Assembly: GCA_024281075.1 (NCBI GenBank)
Contig: JAMXLK010000075.1
Span: 397-64,396 of the forward strand
DNA: 64,000 bases
DNA from: Candidatus Eremiobacteria bacterium
GTDB lineage: Bacteria; Vulcanimicrobiota; Vulcanimicrobiia; Vulcanimicrobiales; Vulcanimicrobiaceae
Direction: 5' to 3'
Within the stretch, counting starts at the first letter, position 1. Each line of letters opens with the position of its first letter. This document shows positions 62,972 to 64,000 of this stretch, one piece after another. Made by a program: the position numbers and the translations under genes. The notes beneath the pieces are model-generated. The model saw only the letters and a program-made list of their open reading frames with translations. It ran no database searches and was not told the DNA's origin.

Positions 62972-64000
62972 ATGGAGCGGATTCCGGCCATGCACAAGGT
63001 GCTGGCCGACAAACGAGTCGCCGCGTATGAGGCGAGGCTCGGAAGAGATGTAGTAAAACGCGCGGCCGACGAAGTCTTCGGCCGCGCGCGTGCATCCGGC
63101 GACGGCGCATTCGATACGATTGTCGTCGAGCTTACGATGCGGCTCGAGAGACTCCAGCGCGACATGCTCTTGCGCGTCATTAACGCGACCGGAATCATCC
63201 TGCATACGAATCTCGGGCGCGCGCCGCTCGCCGGCGAGGCGCTTGCGGCGGTTGCCGAGCTCTCGCGCGGATATTCCAATCTCGAGTACGATCTCGAGGC
63301 GGGTCAGCGTGGCTCGCGCTACGCCCGCGTCGCCGGCATTTTGAACGAGGTGACGGGTGCGGAGGATTCGCTGGTCGTCAACAACTGCGCGGCCGCCGTC
63401 CTGCTCATTCTCGATACGTTTGCGAAGGGCCGCGAGGTAATCGTTGCGCGCAGCCAGCTCGTCGAGATCGGCGGTGGTTTTCGCATTCCCGAAGTGCTCG
63501 AACGCAGCGGCGCGACGCTGGTCGAGGTCGGAACGACAAACCGCGTCTACCTTGAAGATTTCGAACGTGCGCTGTCACCGCGAACTGCGCTGCTGCTGAC
63601 CACGCATCCGTCCAACTATCGCATCGACGGCTTCACACACGACGCGGCTGCGAGCGAGTTGGCGCAGCTCGGACAGCGCGCCGGCGTGCCGGTCATCGAA
63701 GATCTCGGCAGCGGCGCGCTGGTCGATCTCGCACGGTACGGCGCGCCGCACGAGCGTACGGTGCAAGAGGCACTCTCCGACGGCATCGGACTCGTAACGT
63801 TCTCGGGCGACAAGCTATTGGGAGGCCCACAAGCGGGAATCGTCGCCGGACGATCGCATCTGGTCGCGCGTTTACGAGGCAATCCAATGCTACGCGCACT
63901 GCGTGTCGATAAGATGACGCTTGCGGCGCTCGGCGGAACGCTCCAGATTTATCGCAGCGGCGCGCTTGCCGAACGGCTTCCGATTTTTCGTATGATCGGC
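62972..64000 (+). CDS. selA: L-seryl-tRNA(Sec) selenium transferase (3' end beyond the window)
   Basis: My own translation of this frame, which is absent from the ORF track because no stop falls in the window: MERIPAMHKVL.., VINATGIILHTNLGRAPL, YSNLEYDLEAGQRGSRY, VVNNCAAAV, FSGDKLLGGPQAGI (PLP Lys). The frame stays open to position 64000. Confidence 0.88.
   Translation, partial: MERIPAMHKVLADKRVAAYEARLGRDVVKRAADEVFGRARASGDGAFDTIVVELTMRLERLQRDMLLRVINATGIILHTNLGRAPLAGEALAAVAELSRGYSNLEYDLEAGQRGSRYARVAGILNEVTGAEDSLVVNNCAAAVLLILDTFAKGREVIVARSQLVEIGGGFRIPEVLERSGATLVEVGTTNRVYLEDFERALSPRTALLLTTHPSNYRIDGFTHDAAASELAQLGQRAGVPVIEDLGSGALVDLARYGAPHERTVQEALSDGIGLVTFSGDKLLGGPQAGIVAGRSHLVARLRGNPMLRALRVDKMTLAALGGTLQIYRSGALAERLPIFRMIG

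Noticed and set aside
1-64000. CRISPR arrays, transposases/IS elements, integrases, prophage genes, toxin-antitoxin pairs and known defence systems.
   Set aside because: I found no spaced direct-repeat arrays, no terminal inverted repeats flanking genes, and no ORF with transposase, integrase or phage motifs. The MT-A70, PLD-like and Uma2 genes are each solitary and embedded among housekeeping genes.

Overview
Visibly GC-rich, extremely gene-dense bacterial chromosomal window. It holds about 60 protein genes and I could support no rRNA, tRNA, CRISPR or mobile element. Most of it is housekeeping. (1) A translationally coupled tetrapyrrole operon on the minus strand (93-9215): sirC-hemC fusion, hemB, mobA-like, hemL, rex, hemA, cobA-hemD fusion, DUF92, MT-A70 methylase. 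(2) A respiratory supercluster (10942-18242): menG/ubiE, polyprenyl synthase, tatA, tatC, resB, ccsA, Rieske, and a cytochrome b fused to a c-type haem domain. (3) tatD-metG-rsmI, pepP and nadCBA. (4) A peptide-uptake locus (28.4-33.9 kb): a small Met/Pro/Ser-rich secreted peptide, a long structured leader ending in an intrinsic terminator, an OPT transporter, an S9 peptidase and two secreted hypotheticals. (5) comEC, an epimerase, an ATP-dependent DNA ligase, an FAD monooxygenase, leuS, comEA. (6) fadD, padR, two tandem S10 carboxypeptidase paralogues, and a TPM-domain gene followed by a BNR/sortilin-like gene. (7) An APC permease, mmsA and an omega-aminotransferase. (8) rsfS, yqeK, rimI, tsaB, tsaE, gyrA, Uma2, trxA and a 3'-truncated selA. 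No recognisable defence or mobile system is present. The most unusual signals are the roughly 330-nt non-coding leader upstream of the OPT transporter, an apparently non-canonical hemB start codon, the SirC-HemC fusion, and pervasive 4-nt gene overlaps. Many ORF-track starts are over-extended and were re-placed.
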